From Desulfomicrobium sp. (GTDB taxonomy: Bacteria > Desulfobacterota > Desulfovibrionia > Desulfovibrionales > Desulfomicrobiaceae), in assembly GCA_040768745.1 (NCBI GenBank), contig JAXGMI010000001.1, forward strand, positions 1,376,001 through 1,440,000: a stretch of DNA of 64,000 nucleotides. Reading direction: 5' to 3'. Each line of letters starts with the position of its first letter. Within the stretch, counting starts at the first letter, position 1. The notes under the pieces are model-generated. The model had not been told where the DNA came from. It made no database searches and was given only the letters and a program-made list of their open reading frames with translations. Below, one piece after another: positions 1 through 9,348 of the stretch. Position numbers and translations under genes: made by a program.

Positions 1-1564
1 TTTTGCCTTTGACATGGTCGACGCCATGGCTGCCAAAGAGCCCGACCGTCTGGCCATGGTCCATGTGGATGATGCCGGCATTCGCCGCGAGTTCGGTTTC
101 TCCTATTTTTCCGAGGAATCCAGCCGCCTGGCCAACGCCTTAAAGGGGTTGGGCATTGGACGCGGCGACAAGGTCATGATCATCCTGCACCGCAGGGTGG
201 AGTTCTGGACCACCATGCTCGCCCTGCATAAACTGGGTGCTTTGGGCGTTCCCTCTCCGGCACTTTTGACATCCAAGGATATCATTTACAGGGTCAACTT
301 CGCTTCCATCAAGGCCGCAATTGTGGATTCTGGCGTGCGGGCCACGCTAGAGGCGGCCCAGCCCGAGTGCCCTTCCTTGAGCCTGATTGTGCTGGCCGGA
401 TTGGAACACTCAGCCAATGGTTGGCACAGTTTTTCCGAAATAACCTCCCAGGCCTCTTCGTCCTTCCCGCGGCCGGATGATGCAGCGTGCGGCGAGGACC
501 CTGCGACCATCTATTTCTCCTCGGGAACCACCGGGCATCCCAAGATGGTGCTGCACAACTTCAACTATCCTTTCGGGCACATCGTGACCGGTTCCTACTG
601 GCATGACATCGAGCCCGGCAACCTGCACCTCACGTTGGCCGACACAGGCTGGGCCAAGTCTGTGTGGGGCAAGCTTTACGGGCAGTGGCTGGCAGGAGGG
701 GTTGTCTTTGTCTGGGATTTCCGGGGCAAGTTCGAGCCTGCCAGGCTCTTGCAGGTCATGGCCGAGCACAAGGTGACCAATTTCTGCGCGCCGCCGACTG
801 TCTACCGTTTCTTGGTCCGCGAGGATCTGTCCAAGTACGACCTGTCGGCCTTGCGGCATTGCACGACAGCTGGAGAACTTCTGAACGAAAGCGTGTTCGA
901 GACATGGTTGGAGAAGCTCGGCATACCCATCTATGAGGCTTACGGGCAGACAGAAACCACGGTACAGATCGCGAATTTCTCGTTCATGACGCCCAAACCT
1001 GGATCCATCGGCAAGCCGTGTCCGGGATGGGACATTGCACTTCTGGATGAGAACGATGACCCATGTCCTCCAGGTGTCGAAGGCGAGATCTGCATCCGCA
1101 TCGACCCAAAGCGACCGGTGGGGCTTTTTTCCTGTTACCTGCTGGACGAGGCCAAGACCGCCAGCGTCATGCGTGGAGGCTACTACCGCACAGGGGATAA
1201 GGCCTGGGTAGACGAGGATGGGTATTTCTGGTTTTTGGGTCGCATCGACGATTTGATCAAAAGTTCTGGCTACCGGATTGGGCCTTTCGAGGTCGAGAGC
1301 GCCCTGGTCTCCCACCCCGCGGTGGTGGAGGCCGCCGTGACCGGGGTGCCTGACCCTGACCGCGGGCAGGCCGTCAAGGCCACGGTCATGCTCGCCCAGG
1401 GCTATGAGCCATCGGCGGAACTGACCAAAGAGTTACAGAATCACGTCAAAAGGGTCACCGCACCCTACAAGTATCCTCGCATCATCGATTACGTGAAGGA
1501 ATTGCCAAAGACCATCAGTGGAAAGATCAAACGGGCCGAGATTCGGGCCAAAGACCAAGCCTAA
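1..1564 (+). CDS. Acyl-CoA synthetase (AMP-binding family), probably 5'-truncated by the window edge
   Basis: YFSSGTTGHPK, YGQTE, YRTGD and GRIDD motifs; frame is open upstream of the ATG at 14. Confidence 0.9.
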   Translation, partial: FAFDMVDAMAAKEPDRLAMVHVDDAGIRREFGFSYFSEESSRLANALKGLGIGRGDKVMIILHRRVEFWTTMLALHKLGALGVPSPALLTSKDIIYRVNFASIKAAIVDSGVRATLEAAQPECPSLSLIVLAGLEHSANGWHSFSEITSQASSSFPRPDDAACGEDPATIYFSSGTTGHPKMVLHNFNYPFGHIVTGSYWHDIEPGNLHLTLADTGWAKSVWGKLYGQWLAGGVVFVWDFRGKFEPARLLQVMAEHKVTNFCAPPTVYRFLVREDLSKYDLSALRHCTTAGELLNESVFETWLEKLGIPIYEAYGQTETTVQIANFSFMTPKPGSIGKPCPGWDIALLDENDDPCPPGVEGEICIRIDPKRPVGLFSCYLLDEAKTASVMRGGYYRTGDKAWVDEDGYFWFLGRIDDLIKSSGYRIGPFEVESALVSHPAVVEAAVTGVPDPDRGQAVKATVMLAQGYEPSAELTKELQNHVKRVTAPYKYPRIIDYVKELPKTISGKIKRAEIRAKDQA

Positions 1565-1575
1565 GGTTTGCACCG

Positions 1576-1620
1576 CCTTCTCTCTGAAGGGCTCCCGTGG
1601 GGAGACCCTTCAGAGGGAGG
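1576..1620 (+). terminator. GC-rich hairpin directly after the synthetase stop
   Basis: ccttctctctgaagggctccc-gtgg-ggagacccttcagagggagg inverted repeat; no clear U-tract. Confidence 0.5.
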
Positions 1621-1869
1621 ACTCCCTTCTGACCCACCTCCGAATTTCGACACGTGCATGCACACCAGGGTGAAAGGCCGTTGGGAGTCTTGCGCGCTCT
1701 TCGTTGTCATGGTGTATACTGAACGGCAGGGGGACACAGGATAGCCCCTGACAATTGGTGTAGACGATGGCAAGCGTCCGTGTTAGGAACGGCTTGGCCT
1801 GAGCGTACTTGTATATAACTATTTGATTTCAAAATATTTATTTTTAGATAAAATCCTGAGGAGGTCGCT

Positions 1870-1968
1870 GTGCTCGGAGATTTGGGAAAAAAACTGGTGT
1901 TGGGATTGGTCGTGGCCGCTTGTGTGGTCGGCATGCACGCCGCGGTCGTGTCTTCAGCTGTGGGATAG
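1870..1968 (+). CDS. Putative 32-aa hydrophobic small protein (MLGDLGKKLVLGLVVAACVVGMHAAVVSSAVG)
   Basis: GAGGAGG RBS before GTG; one hydrophobic stretch; terminator downstream; below the ORF-track cutoff. Confidence 0.6.
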   Translation: MLGDLGKKLVLGLVVAACVVGMHAAVVSSAVG

Positions 1969-2006
1969 CCCGGTCCAGTCATTCCTTTTTTCGGAAAGAT
2001 TTTATG

Positions 2007-2035
2007 GCCCCGCGCAGCAATGCGCGGGGCTTTTT
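2007..2035 (+). terminator. Rho-independent terminator
   Basis: gccccgcgca-gcaa-tgcgcggggc followed by TTTTT. Confidence 0.85.
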
Positions 2036-2059
2036 GGTGCAGTGAGATCGCAGGATGCC

Positions 2060-2316
2060 GGGCTTTGTCCCGCCCCTCGCCCGTGCGTGCGACCATTTCC
2101 AGGATGGGGAGCCGGTGAGGGCCGAGAGGCGGGTCGTGCCGATGGTCACGCCCTTGCGGGGGACCTCGCCCAGCATGTTCAGGGCGATGCTGACCGGGGT
2201 GCCGGGCACAGGCCCATGTCGCGGATGCGGCGCCCCAACTTCCCCGTCGCGCTGACGGAGAGGATGGTTCCGGACTGGTTTTCCTCCATGTGTCTGAGAG
2301 GCATGGAGAGAAACAT
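2060..2316 (-). pseudogene. feoA: Frameshifted and internally deleted feoA-feoB remnant
   Basis: GGAGG RBS then MFLSMPLRHMEENQSGTILSVSATGKLGRRIRDMGL; shifted frame VPGTPVSI (FeoA-like) running into ALNMLGEVPRKGVTIGTTRLSALTG; further shift LPILEMVARTGEG (FeoB G-domain-like). Confidence 0.7.
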
Positions 2317-2327
2317 GGGGCCTCCTA

Positions 2328-2345
2328 AGTTAGGAATTTCTAATT
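2328..2345. promoter_or_regulatory. Possible DtxR/MntR-type metal-repressor operator
   Basis: agTTAG-gaattt-CTAAtt palindrome (TTAG-N6-CTAA) next to the feoA RBS. Confidence 0.35.
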
Positions 2346-2400
2346 ATGTATGCAAAAAAATGACCTCTTCAACGAGAGGCTGTTTGTCGTGAGGCTGCGG

Positions 2401-2562
2401 TCAGCCTTTGCGGGATGGACAAGAGTCGCCGGGCCTGGGCTGGATTTCACCGGAGCAGCCAGAACAGCCGCAGCAACCGCTGCTCTTCCTCCGGAACCGT
2501 GAGACCAGGTATACCCCTGCGACGAGTATGACGCCGATGGTGACGAGAAGGTCGAGATTCAT
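2401..2562 (-). CDS. FeoB-associated Cys-rich membrane protein, 53 aa
   Basis: MNLDLLVTIGVILVAGVYLVSRFRRKSSGCCGCSGCSG...; N-terminal TM helix plus Cys cluster; GGAG RBS; upstream of the feoA remnant. Confidence 0.8.
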   Translation of the reverse strand: MNLDLLVTIGVILVAGVYLVSRFRRKSSGCCGCSGCSGEIQPRPGDSCPSRKG

Positions 2563-2752
2563 GGTGGCTCCATAAAAAATTTGAGTTGATAAACTTTTTA
2601 TGTAGTCATGAATGGGGAAGTCAACAAAAAAGTTAGTCGTACTGAAAAATGGTGTATGGCATTTTCAGGACTCTATGGGGGTGGGCGGCGTGCGGAGGAC
2701 GTCAGCTCGGATTGGTGGGGACTAGACCCGCAGCGGCGAGGGCACGCGGTTC

Positions 2753-2882
2753 GTCATTCCCGCGCAGACGGGGTTCCATGCCTTTTTCCTTTTGAGAGCC
2801 ATGGATCCCGTCTTCACGGGGATGACGCGGAAAAGTGGCGGACGCGCGATTCATCATTCCCGTGCAGGAAGGAATCCATGCC
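2753..2882. repeat. REP/dRS3-like palindromic repeat cluster
   Basis: gtcattcccgcgcagacggggttccatg paired with catggatcccgtcttcacggggatgac, plus a third half copy tcattcccgtgcaggaaggaatccatgcc. Confidence 0.65.
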
Positions 2883-2913
2883 TTTCCGCGTTCTCGCTGC
2901 AATTTCACGTGAT

Positions 2914-3252
2914 TTAAGGCTTGATGTAGGCGCAGCCTTGCTGCTGCAATTCGATCAAAGCCACCACCCCCGCCGGAACGACAGCGCACCCTGGAACTAT
3001 TCCGTCCTCAGGTATATTGAAAGCCCGGAGGGCGTTGCGGCACAGAAAGACCGTCACCCCAGATCGCATCAGAGACGACATCCTGGACATGGACTCTTCA
3101 TGTTGCCCCAGGCGGAAAAAATTCACCGCAGGGCCGTTGACCAGAAAGTGGATGCGTGCGTCAGGTCTGGCTTTGCGCAGGTTTTCCATGTTTGTCAGGG
3201 CCATATTCAGGATTTTTTCTTCATCCCAGTCCAGGTGGAAGACGACTTTCAT
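2914..3252 (-). CDS. DsrE family protein
   Basis: MKVVFHLD...NGPAV...LCRNAL...AGVVALIELQQQGCAYIKP. Confidence 0.85.
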   Translation of the reverse strand: MKVVFHLDWDEEKILNMALTNMENLRKARPDARIHFLVNGPAVNFFRLGQHEESMSRMSSLMRSGVTVFLCRNALRAFNIPEDGIVPGCAVVPAGVVALIELQQQGCAYIKP

Positions 3253-3300
3253 TCTTTTTCCTCAATGCGTTGTTGATCAGGGTGGATTTATGATGTCGGG

Positions 3301-4035
3301 TCAGGGACGCAGGCCAAGATGGCGTAAATTGCCCTCGTGGACGCGGGCAGAAAAAGTGGGCATGTCCGCTGGCATGGGGATTGGTTCCCCTTTCCGCAGT
3401 CCGTCCAGGTAGGCAATGGTGGAGTCCAGGATTTCCATGCCTCCGGTCGGACCATGGGAGGGGATGATTCTGCGCACCCCGGGATGCTCGCGCCATCGTT
3501 CCAGGCTTCTGATCCACAGACCCAGCTCGCATTCCTGGGGTACGCAGGGGCAGGGCAACTCGAGAGTGTCGCCGGCCAGCAGAAGCTTGAGGCTCGGCAC
3601 AAAGGCCACAATGGAATCCTTGGTGTGGCCGGGCAGATGATGCAGGCTTACCAGGAGATTGCCGAGTTCAATGTCAAGGTGTCTGTCAAAGGTGATGGAG
3701 GGCGCAATGAGCTGCAGACCTTTCCATTTGTCGGGGTCTTTCGCCTGGAACTTGTCCAGCGTTGCGGGAACATCGGTTTCAAAACGGGCCGCGCATGCGC
3801 GATGCCCAACGACCAGGCCATGGCTCAAAGCCATGGTGCCGAAGACATGATCCCAGTCCGCGTGGCTGTACACGACGAAGCATGTGCGGTCGGAGCAGGC
3901 CTGGGCAAAGGCAATCATGTCGTCCGGATGACTCAGGGTGTCCCACACCAGGTCGAAGCGGCTGCCCCGCAGGAGCACGCTGCGAACTGAAAAATCCCCG
4001 GTATTGACTTCGTGGATAGTGCAGGCCTGATACAT
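3301..4035 (-). CDS. Metallo-beta-lactamase-fold hydrolase
   Basis: SHADWDHVFG (HxDxDH variant), PGHT, LAGD, PSHG. Confidence 0.85.
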   Translation of the reverse strand: MYQACTIHEVNTGDFSVRSVLLRGSRFDLVWDTLSHPDDMIAFAQACSDRTCFVVYSHADWDHVFGTMALSHGLVVGHRACAARFETDVPATLDKFQAKDPDKWKGLQLIAPSITFDRHLDIELGNLLVSLHHLPGHTKDSIVAFVPSLKLLLAGDTLELPCPCVPQECELGLWIRSLERWREHPGVRRIIPSHGPTGGMEILDSTIAYLDGLRKGEPIPMPADMPTFSARVHEGNLRHLGLRP

Positions 4036-4170
4036 ATTTTTTTCCTAGGTTATTTTGAGGGATCAGAAAAGAAAAAAAATGCTTTCGCGCATCATCACGA
4101 ATAATGCTGCCTGAGGAAAGAAAAGGTCACGGCAGCGCTGGTATTCTGCAGGACAGGGACACGGCGAAAT

Positions 4171-4992
4171 ATGGCGAATATGAAGCATGGTCGTGCGCTT
4201 TGGGAACGACTCTTGGATCGGCTGCAGATTCTTGGCCGCTTCACACTGGGCTATTCCGGAGGGATCGATAGCCGGTTTCTGGCTCACGCCGCCATACACG
4301 CTCGAGTTCCGGTAGAGCTCGTGCACGGCACTGGCCCGCACATCGCCCCTGACGAAACAGCGTATGCCGCGCGTTGGGCAGAAGGTCGGAAACTTCCGCT
4401 CAGGCTGCTGTACATTGATCCATTGCAGCTGCCGGCAGTGGCACAGGGTGGCAAGGGTCGCTGTTATGTCTGCAAAAGGCACTTGTTTGAGCAAATGGCC
4501 GCCGTGACCATTGGCCCGTTCTGTGATGGGTCCAATGCCTCAGACGCCAGCCTGTTCCGCCCTGGTCAACAGGCCTTGCGGGAGTTCGGGATACATTCAC
4601 CCCTGGCCGAGGCCGGGCTGGACAAGCCCTGGATCAGGGATCTGGCCAGGCTGACGGGTTTGGAGCATCCGGGTCAACAGGCCCGGGCCTGCCTCCTCAC
4701 CCGGCTGCCCTATGGTGTTCCGCCCACGCAGGATGTGCTTTCGTCCTTGGCCCGGGGAGAGCATCTGATAGGGAACGCGCTGGCCGTCGAGGGTCTGGCC
4801 GAGACACCATTCCGCCTGCGGCTAGGCAACGCTGGCCATTACGAGCTGCATGTGGAAACCCCTTCGCTTTCCTCAGGGTTGCGGGAGGTTCTGGGCAAGG
4901 CCCTAACTGAGGCTGGATTTCATGGCGTGGACATATTGGCAATGGCCACGGTGAGCGGATATTTCGACCAACAGGGAAAAGGCGACCCATAG
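4171..4992 (+). CDS. larE: PP-loop ATP-dependent sacrificial sulfur transferase, LarE-like
   Basis: YSGGIDS PP-loop, RCYVCK, DGSNASD, RPG, SPL, ACLLTR. Confidence 0.7.
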   Translation: MANMKHGRALWERLLDRLQILGRFTLGYSGGIDSRFLAHAAIHARVPVELVHGTGPHIAPDETAYAARWAEGRKLPLRLLYIDPLQLPAVAQGGKGRCYVCKRHLFEQMAAVTIGPFCDGSNASDASLFRPGQQALREFGIHSPLAEAGLDKPWIRDLARLTGLEHPGQQARACLLTRLPYGVPPTQDVLSSLARGEHLIGNALAVEGLAETPFRLRLGNAGHYELHVETPSLSSGLREVLGKALTEAGFHGVDILAMATVSGYFDQQGKGDP

Positions 4993-5092
4993 GGAGATTT
5001 TTCGGCCTTGCAGCGATGCTTGCTTCTGTCGCTCTCAGCTCTGCTGCACCGGCGAGTCTACGGTATCGGGCCGCATGGATCTGTCCGTATCC

Positions 5093-6067
5093 CTACAGCC
5101 ACCGATTGCGTTTGAACAGCCACACGATGCCGGCCACGACCACGACCATGCCCAGGCAGAAGGCGGCAAAGCCCAAGGGGCTGTCTGCGCCTGGGATTCC
5201 GCCAACATTGATGCCGAATAGCCCCGTCAAAAAACCAAGCGGCAAAAAAATCACGGTCACCACGGAAAGCAGAAACATGCGTTGGTTCAGCTGTTCGGAT
5301 ACATGATTGACGAGTTCTTCGTGTGCCAGGGCCGCCCGTTCGCGCATGGCGTCCAGGTCTTCAATGTGGCGAATGAGCGCATCAGCTGTTTCGCGGATGC
5401 GAAAATGGTCATCGGTGCTCATCCAAGGGACGCGTTCCGTGACCAGGCGTGACAGGGCTTCGCGTTGCGGTCCGAGATAGCGGCGCAGTGCGATGGCCTG
5501 TCGGCGTAAATCCGCCAGTATGTGTCTGGCCCGGGTCCCGCGTTGTTCGAAGATTTGCTCCTCCACCTCGGCCATCTGGTCCTCCAATTCTTCTATGACA
5601 GATCCGATATTGCCTGTCATGAGAGACAGCAGCATGACCAGGAATTCTCCGGTACTGCATGGACCAAGACCTTTGCCGAGCAGTGACTGGATTTCCTTGA
5701 TGCATTTGAGCTGACGCATGCGGGTGGAAATGACGTAGCCGTCCTCTATCCACAGCCGAAGGGAGACCATATCCTCGGGCTCAGCCCCGGGATTCAGGTT
5801 CACGTCGCGCAGCGTCAAAAACAGACCGTTGCCGTGATGCAGCACCCTGGGCCGGCTCTCTTCGTCCAGCAGGGCCTGGGCCAAGGGCTTGTCCAGGAAG
5901 TTGGCGTGCGGGAGCCACTCCTGTACGTCCGGATCGGCGTATGACAGATGGATCCAGAGAATTGGGTTCGGAGCGGGAAGCGGTTCCCCAATTCGCCAGG
6001 GCATGGTCTCACCCCGCCCGGCCCCGTCCAGGAGCCAGACCGTATTGGGAAGGAAGGATTCAGGCAT
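5093..6067 (-). CDS. zntB: CorA-family divalent cation transporter, ZntB-like
   Basis: LRDVNLNPGAEPEDMVSLRLW, FLPLGFLTGLFGINVGGIPG, two C-terminal TM helices; start taken at MPESF. Confidence 0.85.
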   Translation of the reverse strand: MPESFLPNTVWLLDGAGRGETMPWRIGEPLPAPNPILWIHLSYADPDVQEWLPHANFLDKPLAQALLDEESRPRVLHHGNGLFLTLRDVNLNPGAEPEDMVSLRLWIEDGYVISTRMRQLKCIKEIQSLLGKGLGPCSTGEFLVMLLSLMTGNIGSVIEELEDQMAEVEEQIFEQRGTRARHILADLRRQAIALRRYLGPQREALSRLVTERVPWMSTDDHFRIRETADALIRHIEDLDAMRERAALAHEELVNHVSEQLNQRMFLLSVVTVIFLPLGFLTGLFGINVGGIPGADSPLGFAAFCLGMVVVVAGIVWLFKRNRWL

Positions 6068-6292
6068 AGGGCAGGAATTTCCGGCTGCGGGACAGGATGG
6101 CAAAGGCAGGAGCGTAAAAATATGGGCGCATTGGCTGATCCTTCTCTACATTATACTAAACAGATAGCACGTGTTCTAACTGGGACACAAGGGCGGCCTC
6201 GGGATGCAGACTCGAAGGGATCCCCTTCTTTGTCAGAGCTGCGGAATGAGGGATGTATGACGCTTTCCAAGGTCGCGTGCGTTCCGAAACGG

Positions 6293-7918
6293 CTACTTGG
6301 CGAAACTGCATTTTGGGTAGGTGCACGTGTTGCACTGCAGGCAGATGCCGCCCTCGGCCAGCCGGGCCAGGCCGCGCCGCGTCACGGGCGCCCTGGCCAG
6401 CAGGCGCGGCAGGAGCACGTCCAGGCTGGTAGTCTTGAAGAACAGGGCGCAGGCCGGCACCCCCAGGACCTGGGTGCCACCGATGCGGCCGAGGAGAGTC
6501 ATGGCGCCGGGCAGCAGGGGCACGCCATGCAGGGCGTCGGTCAGCCCCGCATCCTCCAGACCCCCACAGGTCACGTCGTCGGGGTCCACGGACAGGCCGG
6601 CCGTGGTCACGATGAGATCCGCACCCAGGTCCAGGAGTTTTTTCACGCCTTCGGCGATGGCCCGGCGGTCGTCGGGGGCGAATTCCTCACCGATCACCGC
6701 GGAGCCCAACGCCTCGGCCTTGGCGCGGATGATGGGGGCGAAGCGGTCTTCGATGAGGCCCTGGAAAACCTCGGTGCCCGTGACGAGCACCCCGACCCGG
6801 GCCTGGCGCAGAGGCAGGACCGACAGCAGCGGGATTTCGCCCAGGGCGGCCAGGGCCCGACTGAAATTTTCGCGCGATAGGAAGAGGGGGATGGCCCTGG
6901 TTCCGGCCACGGGGCGGCCTTCCTCCACCAGCGCGTACTGCTGGCGCGTGGCGCACATGACATGAGGCACGAGGTTGAAGCGTTCCAGGGCCTCCAGGTC
7001 CACCTGCAGCAGGCCTGCTGAAGCCGCATGAAAGTCGATTTTCCCCTCTCTCGGAGTGTGCGAGTAGGTGATGCCGTCCCCGGCCATCCGTTTCGCGAAG
7101 GCCAGGGCCGCCTCGTTCTCGTGGATCCAGGCGCCGTCGGGCAGGCTTTCGTCCTGGACATAGACCGTGTTGCGGCCCATCTGCTGCAATCGGCAGACGT
7201 CCCCGGCGGTGATGGTCTGGCCGGCGGTGAACTCGGCGCCCTTGCTCTCGCCGGGCACAATGCGGGTCATGTCGTGAAGGGCCTTGCGGCCTACGGCCTC
7301 AGCCACGGGAACGCGGGTCGGCCGGGCCGTGTCGCAGGCGGCTATAGCACCGGATTCGACATAGGGCGTCTCGCCCTGGCAGCCGCGGCAGATGGCTCCG
7401 TCGCTGAGGGGATAGGCCTCGCGGCAGATCGGGCAGGCCCCGATGCGGGTCATGTGCGCATGTCCCAGCAGGCGCGGCTGGACCGTGATCTTCCCCAGGC
7501 ACAGGATGCTGTCCCCGGCCTCCTCGATCTCGCGGAACAGGGCCTCGGTGTCCTGCTCCTTCTTGGGCGTGAGCTTCAGGAACCATCCCTTGATGTTGGG
7601 CCAGGCTTCCAGTTTGTCCAGGTCCACGCTGACGCGCACCCCTTCGCCCGTATTCTTGTCGAAGAGGGACACGGCATAGCGGCCGAGGTTGACGATCCTC
7701 ATCCAGCCGTTGCCCGTGCTGCACAGAGTCAGGAGCTGCACGGCGTCGGGCAGGCATTTTTTGCTTTCCACCACCGCCTCGAAGAGGATGCCCGCCGGCA
7801 GGGCGGCCTTGGCCATCTCCACCATGTACCCGCCTATGAGCAGGCCCGGGGCCGGGTAACCGTGGAACGCCGCGGCCTTGTCCTTGAATTCCTGGAAGGT
7901 GTAGGGCCCGATGTGCAT
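6293..7918 (-). CDS. FmdE-domain / molybdopterin-binding (MoeA-like) fusion protein
   Basis: FHGYPAPG and CLPDAVQLLT (FmdE), CPIC..CRGC zinc finger, TTAGLSVDPDDVT and LPGAM, C-terminal CLQCNTCTYPKC. Confidence 0.8.
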   Translation of the reverse strand: MHIGPYTFQEFKDKAAAFHGYPAPGLLIGGYMVEMAKAALPAGILFEAVVESKKCLPDAVQLLTLCSTGNGWMRIVNLGRYAVSLFDKNTGEGVRVSVDLDKLEAWPNIKGWFLKLTPKKEQDTEALFREIEEAGDSILCLGKITVQPRLLGHAHMTRIGACPICREAYPLSDGAICRGCQGETPYVESGAIAACDTARPTRVPVAEAVGRKALHDMTRIVPGESKGAEFTAGQTITAGDVCRLQQMGRNTVYVQDESLPDGAWIHENEAALAFAKRMAGDGITYSHTPREGKIDFHAASAGLLQVDLEALERFNLVPHVMCATRQQYALVEEGRPVAGTRAIPLFLSRENFSRALAALGEIPLLSVLPLRQARVGVLVTGTEVFQGLIEDRFAPIIRAKAEALGSAVIGEEFAPDDRRAIAEGVKKLLDLGADLIVTTAGLSVDPDDVTCGGLEDAGLTDALHGVPLLPGAMTLLGRIGGTQVLGVPACALFFKTTSLDVLLPRLLARAPVTRRGLARLAEGGICLQCNTCTYPKCSFAK

Positions 7919-8038
7919 GTTTTCCTCGTAAAGAGAAGGTGATGTCCGATCGCGGAGCCCTATCAGTCAGAAGGGGCCTATCAATAATACATATGTGTGA
8001 TCGGTTAAATTATTTTCAAATCGAATTGGACTCAAGAA

Positions 8039-8070
8039 TAAATTTCAGGCAATTTTATAGCTGAAATTTA
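8039..8070. promoter_or_regulatory. Operator-like inverted repeat in a divergent AT-rich promoter region
   Basis: taaatttcag-N12-ctgaaattta, perfect 10-bp arms. Confidence 0.45.
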
Positions 8071-8124
8071 TGATACAGTTTCTCGCAGAAAATAATTTCA
8101 AGCATTTCCCTTCAGGATTATTGG

Positions 8125-9282
8125 ATGAGTTCTTTTCAAGACACGCCCGCAAGTCTTAAATTTTTCAACACATTCAGCGAGCATTGTCTGGCGGTGCTGG
8201 AAGCGGCCCGCGTAGCCGGGAAACCCGTGGCCGGCGTCTATTGCATCTATGCCCCGCTGGAGGTCATCCGCGCCGCCGGGGCCGTTCCCATCGGGTTGTG
8301 CGGCAAACGCCAGGCGCCCATCCAGGCCGCCGAGGAAGTGCTCCCGGCCAGCCTCTGCCCGCTGATCAAGTCCAGCTACGGATACGCCAAGACCGACACC
8401 TGCCCATTCTTCTCGGCTTCTGATTTCGTCATCGCCGAGACTACCTGCGACGGGAAGAAGAAGATGTACGAGTTTCTCAGGCGGATCAAACCCCTCCACC
8501 TCATGCATTTGCCGTACGATCCGTCCCTGCCCGGCGCGCTGCAGTTCTGGCTGGACGAGGTAGGGCGCCTGTGCGGGTTCCTGGACGCGCACGGTGGCAG
8601 CGCACTCACCGATGCGAGGCTGCTGGAGGAAATCACCGTCCAGAACGCCATCCGCGACCTGCTGTGGGACATCGTGCGGGTCAACGCCGACGGGGCGCCC
8701 ATCCTGACGGGTATGCAGCTTCTGCCTGTCCTGGAAAGCAAGAGCTTCATGGTCGAGGCCGAACCCTACCTGGCCGCCCTTCAGGGCCTGCGCGACGAAC
8801 TCGCGGACAGACGCGCACTCGGTCAGGCAGGAGTCCCGGCGCACCGGCCCAGAATCCTGCTGACCGGCACGCCCGTGGGCAAGGGGTCCCACAAGGTGCT
8901 GCAGCTCATCGAGGAGAGCGGGGGCGTGGTGGTCTGCCTGGACAACTGCAGCGGGATCAAGGGGCTGGACAAACCCGTCGAGACCACCGGAGACCTTCTG
9001 GCGAACGTGGCCCGCCGGTATCTGGACATCCCCTGCGCCTGCATGAGCCCCAACCCCGGCCGGGTGGAGGCCACCCACTCCCTGTGCCGGGATTTCCGCA
9101 TCCAGGGCATCGTTGACCTGACCTGGCAGGGTTGCCATGGCTTCAACGTCGAATCCCGCATCGTGCGGGAGACCGCCGAGGGTCTGGGCACGCCCTTCCT
9201 GCAGGTCGAAACCGGGTACTCGGAATCCGACACCGAACAGATCCGGACGCGCGTCGAAGCGTTTCTGGAATCGATATCCTGA
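8125..9282 (+). CDS. 2-hydroxyacyl-CoA dehydratase family protein, double-cubane-cluster reductase type (paralog 1)
   Basis: Cys-rich pattern YCIYAP, GLCG, LCPLIKS, TCPF, ETTCDGKKK, NCSG, CACMSPN, QGCH; C-terminal TRVEAFLE. Confidence 0.8.
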   Translation: MSSFQDTPASLKFFNTFSEHCLAVLEAARVAGKPVAGVYCIYAPLEVIRAAGAVPIGLCGKRQAPIQAAEEVLPASLCPLIKSSYGYAKTDTCPFFSASDFVIAETTCDGKKKMYEFLRRIKPLHLMHLPYDPSLPGALQFWLDEVGRLCGFLDAHGGSALTDARLLEEITVQNAIRDLLWDIVRVNADGAPILTGMQLLPVLESKSFMVEAEPYLAALQGLRDELADRRALGQAGVPAHRPRILLTGTPVGKGSHKVLQLIEESGGVVVCLDNCSGIKGLDKPVETTGDLLANVARRYLDIPCACMSPNPGRVEATHSLCRDFRIQGIVDLTWQGCHGFNVESRIVRETAEGLGTPFLQVETGYSESDTEQIRTRVEAFLESIS

Positions 9283-9348
9283 CGGACTGTATCTGCAGAT
9301 CGTTCAAAAATGGCCTCTAACCTCATCCATTGATTGAAGGAGACATGC

